In this document: in pieces, positions 40,614 to 49,529 of the stretch | Position numbering within the stretch: the first letter of the stretch is position 1 | Layout of the letters: each line of letters opens with the position of its first letter | DNA from: an uncultured Verrucomicrobiae bacterium | GTDB taxonomy: Bacteria; Chlamydiota; Chlamydiia; Chlamydiales; Rhabdochlamydiaceae | DNA: 64,000 bases | Assembly: GCA_963818965.1 (NCBI GenBank) | Contig: CAWFUG010000009.1 | Location: forward strand, 442,075 to 506,074 | Reading direction: 5' to 3' | Notes under the pieces: model-generated | Database searches by the model: none | Seen by the model: only the letters and a program-made list of their open reading frames with translations | What the model was told of the DNA's origin: nothing | Translations under genes and position numbers: made by a program

Positions 40614-41600
40614 ATGATTCTGCTCCCTCAAGACAAAAATGGTTGTCCCTATCTTCAGTTGGCTCCGATGGAAGGGGTGGGTGACCACGCCTTTCGAAAA
40701 GCGATGGCATTCGTTGGCGGGTTTGATGAGGCTGTTAGGGAGTTTATTCGCGTTCCAGCCAATCCGCACATTAAAAGTTTAGGCAAGGTCTATGTTGCAG
40801 ATGAATTAGCTCCCATTCCTCTTGCGGCGCAAATCATGGGATCTGATCCCGATTTTATGGCAGAGATGGCACAGGAGCTCGCCAAAAAGGGGGCGCCGCG
40901 GATCGATGTCAATTGTGGCTGTCCCTCCAATACGGTCACAGGCCGCGGTGCGGGTTCGAGTCTGTTGAAAGACCCCCAGATCTTGCATGAGGTGGCGCGG
41001 GCTGTAGTTCGGGCAGTGACTATCCCCGTGACGATAAAAATGAGATCTGGGTACGAAGACATCTCCCTGTTTGACGAAAACCTCCTCGCTGCACAGGAGA
41101 GTGGGGTGCGCTATATCACATTGCATCCGAGGACAAAGGTCGAAGGCTATGGTCCGCCAGCGCGGTGGGATTTGATTGCTCGGGCAAAATCCCTTCTCAA
41201 AGTCCCTCTCATAGGCAATGGCGACATTCTCAAGGTAGAGGATGCTATCGCTATGCTGCGCACAACAGGCTGCGATGGATTGATGATCGGAAGAGGAAGT
41301 ATCATCAACCCCTTTATTTTCCACCAAATTCGGGCGCACTATTCTCAGCTTCCCTATGCGCCAAATTGGGAAAATCTACTTGGATTTTTTGATGCTTTTA
41401 TCGCAGAGACACCAGCGGATTTTTCCACAAAATTGCGCGTCAATAAATTGAAACAACTGCTCGGATTCATCTTCAAAGGCAATCCTCGACTCATGGAGAA
41501 GAGGCAATCGGTCTTAAGTGCCTCCTATGAGAATCCTCAAGCTTTTCTTGAGTTCGCCTTGCCTCTTTTGCAAGAGGGGTGGAACTCCCAAGAACGATAG
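40614..41600 (+). CDS. tRNA-dihydrouridine synthase family protein
   Basis: LAPMEGV, AQIMGSDP, IDVNCGCPS, TIKMRSG, LHPRT, GNGDI, MIGRG. Confidence 0.93.
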   Translation: MILLPQDKNGCPYLQLAPMEGVGDHAFRKAMAFVGGFDEAVREFIRVPANPHIKSLGKVYVADELAPIPLAAQIMGSDPDFMAEMAQELAKKGAPRIDVNCGCPSNTVTGRGAGSSLLKDPQILHEVARAVVRAVTIPVTIKMRSGYEDISLFDENLLAAQESGVRYITLHPRTKVEGYGPPARWDLIARAKSLLKVPLIGNGDILKVEDAIAMLRTTGCDGLMIGRGSIINPFIFHQIRAHYSQLPYAPNWENLLGFFDAFIAETPADFSTKLRVNKLKQLLGFIFKGNPRLMEKRQSVLSASYENPQAFLEFALPLLQEGWNSQER

Positions 41601-41637
41601 GGAAAGCTCTTTGCCTTTAGAAACCAAATCCTAGAGC

Positions 41638-41807
41638 TATACCCCTTCCACCTCAATCGTAACCACAAGCAAACCGATTAAAAGCCTCAAATTTCGAATC
41701 AAAGGGAGGGGGTTAATATTAATTCAATATTACCCCCTCCCTTTGATTCGAAATTTGAGAACTTTTCATTCGGTTTTCTTGGGTACGATTGAGGTGGAAG
41801 GGGGATA
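41638..41807. repeat. ~170-bp imperfect palindrome with a TATACCCC end
   Basis: CCCCTTCCACCTCAATCGTA/TACGATTGAGGTGGAAGGGG and CTCAAATTTCGAATCAAAGGGAGGGGG/CCCCCTCCCTTTGATTCGAAATTTGAG stems. Confidence 0.9.
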
Positions 41808-41883
41808 TACCCTGCCCGGTCAGGAATTGCGAATTTGAGCTTTTGATTAGCTCCCGCAATTCCACGATCGAAAAATGGGCCCA
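41806..41883 (+). repeat. Family B element (left part)
   Basis: TATACCCTGCCCGGTCAGGAATTGCGAATTTGAGC...TTCCACGATCGAAAA, similar to 49242-49320. Confidence 0.8.
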
Positions 41884-41933
41884 TTTATTGCTCTTACCTA
41901 GCTTTAAATTTTCAGGATTAATATCTTCAGATT

Positions 41934-42503
41934 ATGAAGTGTTTTTTGTTTAAACTGCTTGCGTTTATTTCTGTATGGACAGTCAGCCAGAATCCTTTGT
42001 CAGCTAAAAACACAATCCCTTCGTCTGAAAAGGAATATTACTTTTTCTCTTATGGTCTATACATAAACAGCAAGTTTGTAAAAGAGAGTTTGGGATATTT
42101 TCCAGAAAAAATTGGTGTCTATAAACTCGATGGCTATGAATTCTCTTATAGCAGAGCGCCTGTCCATAAAAAAGCTACCGGGGGTAATGTCCAACCCAAA
42201 GCAGGAAAGACTGTTTATGGCGTTGTTTGGAAGCTTAAAGAAGAAGATTTTTCTATTTTAGATAAAGAAGAACAAGCCCCTATTGCATACACACGGGTTC
42301 GATTAAAAGTGGTAAATGCTCGAGATGCGACAGACTTTAAATGGGCAGAAGTCTACGTAGCAAATCCTAAATACATTTCTAAAACATATTACCCACGCCC
42401 TGTGTATGTGGAAAGGGTTACCGAGGGGGCTAAAGAAAACGGTTTTCCAGAAGAGTACATCAATGCCTATCTCAAATGGTCAGGTCCCTGGGGAGAGAAT
42501 TAA
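41934..42503 (+). CDS. Gamma-glutamylcyclotransferase family protein with signal peptide
   Basis: YFFSYGLY, VYGVVWKL, LDKEE, YTR, GAKENGFPEEY. Confidence 0.8.
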   Translation: MKCFLFKLLAFISVWTVSQNPLSAKNTIPSSEKEYYFFSYGLYINSKFVKESLGYFPEKIGVYKLDGYEFSYSRAPVHKKATGGNVQPKAGKTVYGVVWKLKEEDFSILDKEEQAPIAYTRVRLKVVNARDATDFKWAEVYVANPKYISKTYYPRPVYVERVTEGAKENGFPEEYINAYLKWSGPWGEN

Positions 42504-42597
42504 GTAAGGCGAATAGTCCCAGCAAAAAATCAGTCGATTTTCATCCAAATCCCTACAAACCCTAAAACTTCAACTTCTTCAGAATGATTCCATGCAG

Positions 42598-42755
42598 AAT
42601 TGAACCAGTTGCTGGGCTCATCTTCAAAGGCAATCCTCAACTCATGGAAAGAGACAATCCGTTCTGAGCGCCTCCCAAGAAAATCTTCAAGCTTTTCTTG
42701 AGTTCGCTTTACCTCTATAGTGTAAGAGAGTGGGAGCCCTCAAATAAGACAATAG
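42598..42755 (+). pseudogene. Degenerate duplicate of the dus 3' end (41446-41600)
   Basis: Exact shared 21-mers TCATCTTCAAAGGCAATCCTC and TCAAGCTTTTCTTGAGTTCGC; colinear to the stop codon; has indels. Confidence 0.88.
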
Positions 42756-42850
42756 AGAACCTATCCAATGAGTTGAAGGGACCATTACCGAGCATTGAAG
42801 AAATTGAACAAGAATTAGAAGAAAAATTTTTACTTTAGGAAGGCTAGTGC

Positions 42851-43588
42851 ATGAAATTAGAAGGGAAAAAAGTAGTTGTGACAGGCGCTAATCGCAGCAT
42901 TGGAAAAGCGATCGCTCAGCTATTTGCTAAAGAAGGAGCTGAGTTAGTCATTAGCTACCGATCCGATAAAAAAGGAGCTGAAGAGACGGTCCAGCAAATT
43001 CAAAAAGCGGGAGGGATCGCCAAAGCATTGCATGCCGATTTTTCTACGCATGTCGGTGTGGAGCAATTTTATCGAAACAGTATAGATGTTCTAGGACAGG
43101 TAGATATTTTGGTCAACAATGCGGCCGGTTATAATACGTTGGGTTTTTTTGAGTTGAAGCCCCAGGATTTTGAGCAGTTATTGCAAATCACTTTAATGAC
43201 CCCATTTTTGTTGTCACAACTTGTTGCAAGAGGAATGGTACAAAAGCAAACAGGAGGAAACATTATCAATATTTCTGCCATTTCTGGTGCACGTCCAGTG
43301 CTTAACCGAGTTGCACATGCATCGGGTAAGGCTGCTTTAAACATGTTAACACAAACTATGGCCCTAGAGCTTGCTCAGCATCAGATTAGAGTGAATGCTA
43401 TTGCTCCTGGATACACTCCCTATGAAGAAAGTTCTAATCTTGATCCTATTCTCAAAGATATCCCCCTCGGACGTGCAGGGCTTTCCCATGATCAGGCATC
43501 CGCTGCTCTTTTCCTTGCAACCGAAGAATCTTCCTGGATAACAGGGCAAGTATTGACCGTGGATGGAGGGCATTCGATCGCCCTCTAG
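42851..43588 (+). CDS. SDR family oxidoreductase
   Basis: TGANRSIG, LVNNAA, HASGK (His in place of the catalytic Tyr), VNAIAPG, TVDGG. Confidence 0.9.
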   Translation: MKLEGKKVVVTGANRSIGKAIAQLFAKEGAELVISYRSDKKGAEETVQQIQKAGGIAKALHADFSTHVGVEQFYRNSIDVLGQVDILVNNAAGYNTLGFFELKPQDFEQLLQITLMTPFLLSQLVARGMVQKQTGGNIINISAISGARPVLNRVAHASGKAALNMLTQTMALELAQHQIRVNAIAPGYTPYEESSNLDPILKDIPLGRAGLSHDQASAALFLATEESSWITGQVLTVDGGHSIAL

Positions 43589-43880
43589 GTAAAGAAAAAG
43601 CAGAAGGTTTCATGCGGAGAATAATCTGGCTATTCTCCGCATATTTTGCGCTTGTTTTGTCCCTTCCAGTTGTAAGGAACTCTTACAAGTTCGTTTTGAA
43701 GGTGGAGAGACGTATTCAGAACTTTTCAGTGGAAAAAAGTGAAAAGCAATCTATTTTTCTTTTTTTTCAGTACAGTAATAGTGTTTTGAGTGGATGCTCG
43801 CTTTTAGTTGTAAGAAAATGAAGCATTTGAGTATGTGTGAGATACATGGATGAATACAAATGATCTAAAGGAGATTTTTT

Positions 43881-44093
43881 ATGAGAGTGTCGAGGATATT
43901 AGGAATCATTTTAATTGTTGTAGGCATCGTTTGTTTATATTTTGGGTTTACTTCTAGCCATTCTCCTCTAGATCAATTATCTTCAGCTACTACCGGTCAC
44001 TTTACTCGGCACACGATGGGATATATCATTGGTGGAATTGTAATGATTGTTGGTGGTGGCGCCTTATTTATAAGGGGGCGTCCCAAAGCATAA
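43881..44093 (+). CDS. DUF3185-like small membrane protein
   Basis: Two TM segments around S...TGHFTRHTMGYIIGG; AAGGAG RBS. Confidence 0.7.
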   Translation: MRVSRILGIILIVVGIVCLYFGFTSSHSPLDQLSSATTGHFTRHTMGYIIGGIVMIVGGGALFIRGRPKA

Positions 44094-44167
44094 TCTAGGG
44101 GAGCTATTTTCTCCTTAGAGCCTGTCTACAATCTCGGCCGGGTAAAAAACCCGGCTTTTTTTCTAAT

Positions 44168-44197
44168 AAAAAAGCCTGGATAAAATCCAGGCTTTTT
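44168..44197. terminator. Bidirectional intrinsic terminator
   Basis: A6-GCCTGGAT-AAA-ATCCAGGC-T5. Confidence 0.75.
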
Positions 44198-44362
44198 AGA
44201 TTCGAGATGGAGAGATGCATTCAAAACTTTTGAATGGCAGAAAATGAAATCTTTTCATGGCATAAACCATTGAATCTAAATTAAGTTTCCGGGTTTTTCG
44301 AGAGGTGTGATGTTGTTTCGTAGCCGATGGTAGCTACGGTAACTAGGGTAAATTAGAAAGCC

Positions 44363-45235
44363 TTAAGAGGTTGTCTGGTAGAAGTCGCTCGCGGGGATTG
44401 GGGGAACGTTGAGTTCGGCTGCGACGGCGTTAATGGCTTGCTGAGCGAGATTGAGGTCTACGTGGCCGTCTTGGTTGTAGTAGGGGCGGATGTAGCGTTC
44501 GTAATATTGTTGAGCTTCATTGCGTGTTAATCGATTGAGGAATGAGGCGATGTAATGGATGGCCAGGTCGGGTTGTGTGGAGAGTGTTTGGAGGGCTCGC
44601 TTGTTGGCCCGTACAAGAGCTTTGAGCGCGGGACTGTCGAGTGGAATATGTGCGGGATCCACTGCGATGCCCACGGTGGGGATTTGGAAGTGGTCACCGA
44701 TCCAGGCGAGCAATTTGAAGCCTTCTTCTTCGGCGACTTGTTCAGGTGAGAGGGTGCTGCCTACGTAGGCGGCGTCGATGGTGCCGTTCCGTAGAAGGCG
44801 AAGATCCATTTGGTAGTCACCTGGAACACGCACCACACACTTCAGGTCGCGGTCGGGGTCTAAGCCGTGTTTTCGTAGGACGATGCGTGCGAAGCAGCCT
44901 GGGGCTGTGTGAGGGGCGTGGACTGCCAGTCGGCATCCGCGGAGATCTGCCATGGATCTCATATTTTTGTTACCGAGAAACCAGAAGAGTGGATGGTGGG
45001 TATTGACAGATAGCGCTTTCCAACCGATACCATCGGTTTGCCACGATAAAAGGGTCCGACCTAAACCGATCGTTGCACAAGTGCGAAGGCGCTCCGTTTT
45101 CCAACTGACTCCGTCTCGGATGGCAACGTGAACGCCTTCATCCACGTAATAGCCCTCCTGATCAGCAACATAGGCAACCAGTTCTTCATGAATACCGCGG
45201 CCAACATAGGCTAAATCGATAGTGTGCATCTTCAT
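44363..45235 (-). CDS. ABC-type substrate-binding protein, NMT1/THI5/SsuA-like
   Basis: YVADQEGYYVDEGVHV, DLRGCRLAV, GLDPDRD, GTIDAA; no signal peptide. Confidence 0.75.
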   Translation of the reverse strand: MKMHTIDLAYVGRGIHEELVAYVADQEGYYVDEGVHVAIRDGVSWKTERLRTCATIGLGRTLLSWQTDGIGWKALSVNTHHPLFWFLGNKNMRSMADLRGCRLAVHAPHTAPGCFARIVLRKHGLDPDRDLKCVVRVPGDYQMDLRLLRNGTIDAAYVGSTLSPEQVAEEEGFKLLAWIGDHFQIPTVGIAVDPAHIPLDSPALKALVRANKRALQTLSTQPDLAIHYIASFLNRLTRNEAQQYYERYIRPYYNQDGHVDLNLAQQAINAVAAELNVPPIPASDFYQTTS

Positions 45236-45982
45236 TCAATCCATCTCAAGGCCACCGTTGACCGGAAGGTAATGCCCCGTGGTGAACCCTGATTCCTCAC
45301 TTGCCAAGAAAGCCACCGTTTTTGCCACCTCATCGGGTTTGACAAGTCTCCCCATTGGGTTAATTGTGCTAAGATGTTGCTTCTCTTCGGAGGTGAATTG
45401 CTCAGTCACTTTAGTTCCACCTACCATAGCGGGTGCAACGAGATTCGCAGTGATCCCGTGTGGTGCCAATTCCAGCGCAATGTATCGAACAAACTGGTCC
45501 AGTGCTGCTTTGGCCGTGCCGAGCGTGATCATCCCTTTGCGAGGCTTTCTAGACAATCCTGTGCTGAGATACACCAACCGACCGTAACTTCGTGAGATCA
45601 TCCCCGATACAACAGCTTTGGTCATTAGAAATGCGGCATGTAACTCACGGTCCAGTTTACCAGCGAGCTGCTCCCATTTCAAATCGGCGAATGAGATGAC
45701 ATCAAAGGGAATCAATGCGTTATGCACGAGCACATCTACCTGGCCCCATCGTCGTTCGGTTTCGCCTACCATGCGCGTTACATCGTTAGGTGTGGTAACA
45801 TCGGCCTTAATTGCAATGGCTTCGCCCCCTGCCGCTGCGATGGCCGCCACTACCACTTCTGCTTCTTCGGCACTGGAGTGATAGTTGACGACTACTCTGT
45901 AACCACGTTCGGCAAGTACTAAGGCAGTTGCCGCACCAATGCCCCTGCTGGCCCCAGTAACTATCGCAACACGATTTTTCAT
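45236..45982 (-). CDS. SDR family oxidoreductase
   Basis: TGASRGIG, LVHNA, LGTAK, ANLVAP, VNGG. Confidence 0.9.
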   Translation of the reverse strand: MKNRVAIVTGASRGIGAATALVLAERGYRVVVNYHSSAEEAEVVVAAIAAAGGEAIAIKADVTTPNDVTRMVGETERRWGQVDVLVHNALIPFDVISFADLKWEQLAGKLDRELHAAFLMTKAVVSGMISRSYGRLVYLSTGLSRKPRKGMITLGTAKAALDQFVRYIALELAPHGITANLVAPAMVGGTKVTEQFTSEEKQHLSTINPMGRLVKPDEVAKTVAFLASEESGFTTGHYLPVNGGLEMD

Positions 45983-46074
45983 GATTTACTTCCTTAGCTT
46001 AACTATACAAACAATGCTGTATTTATCAATGAATTATTTATTGTCATTTAAGCGCTGTAATGGAGAATGTAAAA

Positions 46075-46145
46075 TATACCGAATGTGACTCAAGAATCGG
46101 GCTTCGACATGGCCCAATCCCGATTCTTGAGCCACATTCGGTATA
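46075..46145. repeat. TATAC...GTATA palindrome (family B-like ends)
   Basis: TATACCGAATGTGACTCAAGAATCGGG / CCCGATTCTTGAGCCACATTCGGTATA. Confidence 0.85.
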
Positions 46146-46163
46146 AAGAAAAAAGAGGTCTAT

Positions 46164-47102
46164 ATGAGTAAATCTTCCGATCTTCGGCTAACTAGAATAG
46201 CGCTTAACAACGGAAGCGGCTATATACCCGCACTCGGGTGTGGTACCCTGATTCCCGATCCAACGGAGACATTAACTGCAACGAAGGCCGCGCTTGCGGC
46301 TGGATTTCGACATTTCGATTGTGCTGAGCGCTACCGGAATGAGCGCGAGGTAGGCGAGGCATTGCGAGTAGGACTTGCCTCTGCAAAGATCGAGCGCAAA
46401 GACCTTTTCATTACCACAAAGTTGTGGAATACCAACCATCGACCCGAACGCGTAAAGCCCGCCTTCGAGGCGAGTTTAGACAGGCTCGGACTCAAATATT
46501 TAGATCTCTACCTGATTCACACTCCTTATGCATTTCAACCAGGGGCTGAGCAGGACCCACGGGATCAAAACGGCCACGTCATCTATGACACCAAAGTGAC
46601 TTTGCTCGATACCTGGAGAGCAATGGAAAGTCTCGTAGACCACGGTAATTGTCGGGCAATCGGGCTGTCAGACGTCGGCTTGAATGAACTGATACCCATC
46701 TACGAATCTGCGCGGATCAAGCCAGCTGTAGTCCAAGTCGAATCTCATCCCTACCTGCCGGAAATTGAGCTTTTGGAATTCTGCAAGAAGAGAGGTATTG
46801 TTCTTTTGGCCTTCGCACCCTTGGGCCATGGAATGCGCCCGGGATTGCTCGAAGATCCCGTCATTACATCGATCGCTCTACGGGTAGGAAAGACGCCAGC
46901 ACAGGTGCTCTTGGCATGGGCGATCCAGCGTGGCACGGCTGTGCTTACCACACCTAAAACTGCGGCTCGTGCGAGAGAGAATTTTAACATCTCTGCCCTT
47001 CCAGAAGATGCCTTTAATGAAATCAGCCGCATTCAGACGAGACAAAGGCTTAATGAAGTAGTAAAGACAGGCGTCCCAGGCTTCATTGCTCGTACTGGGT
47101 GA
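46164..47102 (+). CDS. Aldo/keto reductase
   Basis: FDCAERY, TTKLWN, LDLYLIHTP, QVESHPY. Confidence 0.92.
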   Translation: MSKSSDLRLTRIALNNGSGYIPALGCGTLIPDPTETLTATKAALAAGFRHFDCAERYRNEREVGEALRVGLASAKIERKDLFITTKLWNTNHRPERVKPAFEASLDRLGLKYLDLYLIHTPYAFQPGAEQDPRDQNGHVIYDTKVTLLDTWRAMESLVDHGNCRAIGLSDVGLNELIPIYESARIKPAVVQVESHPYLPEIELLEFCKKRGIVLLAFAPLGHGMRPGLLEDPVITSIALRVGKTPAQVLLAWAIQRGTAVLTTPKTAARARENFNISALPEDAFNEISRIQTRQRLNEVVKTGVPGFIARTG

Positions 47103-47110
47103 GCCTCTTT

Positions 47111-47205
47111 TATACCCCGCGCGCTTAGGAATGGTGCATTTGAGCGCGTCAAAGCCCCGGGGTTCGACGCGCTCAAATGCACTATTCCTAAGCGCGCGGG
47201 GTATA
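47111..47205. repeat. Full-length family B palindromic MITE (95 bp)
   Basis: TATACCCCGCGCGCTTAGGAAT...ATTCCTAAGCGCGCGGGGTATA; internally deleted copy at 33423-33469. Confidence 0.9.
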
Positions 47206-47210
47206 GTAGA

Positions 47211-47239
47211 AAATAAAAACCAGGCCACTTGGCCTGGTT
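47211..47239 (-). terminator. Intrinsic terminator just downstream of the displaced ssrA 3' copy
   Basis: AACCAGGCC/GGCCTGGTT stem followed by a U-tract on the minus strand. Confidence 0.75.
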
Positions 47240-47367
47240 ATTGGAGGTGGAGAGAATCGAACAGGGTTGGGTAATGAGCTGGTTTTCATAGAGAAATCGA
47301 TGCGAATTTCCCATTCATTTACGCAATAAAGTGGATGAAACTGGAGCAAAATTTCTCGAAGAATCTT

Positions 47368-48525
47368 CTATTTTCCATCAAGGTGAGGCAGAAAATCCTT
47401 TTCCCCCAGTACCCTCATGATGCTCCGAAGCAGGTAGTTGTCGCCAAAACTGATGACGTAGTCTTTGAAGCCGATGCGTTGAAGCATTTTCTTATCCACA
47501 AGCTTCTTGATTTGTCGAGATAGTTCTGCGCCGTGCTTTCCCTGAAAGATCTCTTTCAAGTCACTTGATTGGATCACTTTTTTCTCGACGGCCATTCTCA
47601 ATATTTTTGCTTCGACATCTGTGATATATTTTCTTTCGAGAGAGTAGTTGATTGTGGGTACCAAAATTTCCTTGGCTAGATAGTCGTAGTCGAGAAGCTT
47701 GTCAATTTTTTCGATCTCCTCTTTTAGACCACGGAGTACGTACTCACACCAAGCCAGAATACACGATTTTTCTCCAGTATCAGCCTGCTCGAGGTATTTG
47801 TAGTAATTATTTCGATGGTTACAGAAAACGGCCGTGGGATTGATGATTCGCCCAACATTTACATTGAAGCCGAGCTTAATCAACATTGCGTAAGTGAATA
47901 AACGTACTGTTCGTCCATTGCCGTTACCAAATGGATGTATCCATACGAATCGATGGTGAGCAATCGCCGTTTTTAACAGATCGAATTTTGCACCGCTGTC
48001 CTGATTGATGAAATCAAATAATTCATTCATATATTCATCCACGAGCACCCACTCTGGCGGTAAATGCTTAGATTTTGTGATTTGTAAATTTGATTTCCTG
48101 TATTGACCTGGAGTTTTATCTCCTTCCCCATTTGGCGAAGTAGGTAATCCTTCGACAACCATCCTATGAATTTCGCTGACAAAAGCTCGATTGATCGGAT
48201 GCTCTTTTACATTGTTTTCAATGAAATCCATGGCACTTTCGATGTTTTGGATCTCTTTGACGCCCATAGGCACATCAACCATCTCTTCCAACTTGGTCTC
48301 TATATACTCAAGAAGCGAGGTGTTATTTCCCTCGATGCGAGCTGAGCCGATACTCTCCAGCATATGGAAAATGCTCTTGAGATTGAAAAAAACCTGGAGA
48401 GGAGTCGTCCCATCTAAGCGTTTTTTCCGAAGATGGTTCAAATCTATAATAAGGTCTGTTAGAGGAGAGTCAAAAGGAGGCTCTACCAAGGTCAAGTCAT
48501 AGTGTTTAAATTCGGCCTTTGTCAT
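47368..48525 (-). CDS. Fic family protein (class II, N-terminal inhibitory motif)
   Basis: HPFGNGNGRTVR; SARIEGN; C-terminal HTH-like segment. Confidence 0.92.
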   Translation of the reverse strand: MTKAEFKHYDLTLVEPPFDSPLTDLIIDLNHLRKKRLDGTTPLQVFFNLKSIFHMLESIGSARIEGNNTSLLEYIETKLEEMVDVPMGVKEIQNIESAMDFIENNVKEHPINRAFVSEIHRMVVEGLPTSPNGEGDKTPGQYRKSNLQITKSKHLPPEWVLVDEYMNELFDFINQDSGAKFDLLKTAIAHHRFVWIHPFGNGNGRTVRLFTYAMLIKLGFNVNVGRIINPTAVFCNHRNNYYKYLEQADTGEKSCILAWCEYVLRGLKEEIEKIDKLLDYDYLAKEILVPTINYSLERKYITDVEAKILRMAVEKKVIQSSDLKEIFQGKHGAELSRQIKKLVDKKMLQRIGFKDYVISFGDNYLLRSIMRVLGEKDFLPHLDGK

Positions 48526-48734
48526 TTAACATCCCCTTTCCTTCGATCTTTAATATCCGTAGTGTCAAAAGTTTAACATAAAATTCTGTAAGTGACTGAA
48601 AAGCAGTCAAATATGATGATACATAAAGATGTGAATTTTAACAACGCGTTTTTTGGAAATTTAGCATTACCCTCTGGAATGAGCTTCCAGGGGCGAGGCT
48701 TTTGCATAAAGCGAAGTATTGAGTGTTATTCGCT

Positions 48735-49130
48735 TCAAATCTTCCAAGTCCCAAAATTTTTGGAGAGGAAATGTGTTCCTTGTCTAAATTGGATGGCACG
48801 GAGAGAGTTGACCCGAAAGCCGATGGCAATGATGGCGTCGAGGCTGTAAAACTCAATGTTTCGAGCGACTTCGCGAGTGCCTTCCTGTTGAACTATTCGG
48901 AAATTCCGAATAGTTGCCGATTTTGATATCTCATTCTGGCTAAACAGGTTGTTTAGATGTTCGTTAATTGTTGGGACGGAGACCTCAAATAGTACCCCCA
49001 TCAATTTTTGGGTAAGCCAGACCGATTCTTCGGCGATGCGAACTTCAATGCTATTTTCTTTAGACTGTCCAGTAAAAATTAAAAATTCAGTAATGCTATT
49101 GCGAATATTGGCTCTTTTTTCTTCACTCAT
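48735..49130 (-). pseudogene. Truncated virulence RhuM family protein
   Basis: VWLTQKLMGVLF, TINEHL, YSLDAIIAIGFRVNS.RA.QFRQ, then abrupt loss of similarity. Confidence 0.8.
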
Positions 49131-49241
49131 CGACTCCCTACGATTTGTGCTTTAAGAGTAGGGCTTGTAGGCGAATTTTGGAATAAAAAGAACGCCCAAT
49201 TTTTACACGCGGTTTTGGGCGAGGGATTTATCCAGAACTTT

Positions 49242-49325
49242 TATACTGCGCCCGGTCAGGAATTGCGAATTTGAGCGGTACATAAGCCCCGGGATTCCAC
49301 GATCGAAAAGGGGGGCCAATATTGA
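49242..49325 (+). repeat. Family B element (left part)
   Basis: TATACTGCGCCCGGTCAGGAATTGCGAATTTGAGC; its first 21 nt are reverse-complemented at 33305-33325. Confidence 0.8.
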
Positions 49326-49529
49326 GGCAATAATGGATTCAAAGGTGCCATTTTCAGTGGGGACGGAAACAACTGGACGTTCTCAACCTAGAAGTCTTCT
49401 AAAAAATTACGCAAATTTTACGCACTAGACTGGGCAAAAGTGGCCTAGATGAAAAGAAAAAGGACCTATCGGGTTCCCTTTAAGTCCTTGATTTACTTAA
49501 TGTTATTTGATTTGATTTAATCTGAATTT

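Noticed and set aside
41446..42755. dus repeat pair as a diversity-generating retroelement TR/VR
   Set aside because: Differences include indels and are not adenine-specific; no reverse transcriptase nearby
47241..47262. Possible tRNA gene
   Set aside because: Only the 22-bp 3' end of tmRNA is present; the rest of a cloverleaf is missing
46878..47314. Short ORFs across the 47111 palindrome
   Set aside because: They are read-through of a MITE and the terminator/att region on both strands
49330..49500. Integrase remnant in the tmRNA islet
   Set aside because: No recognisable tyrosine recombinase motifs by eye
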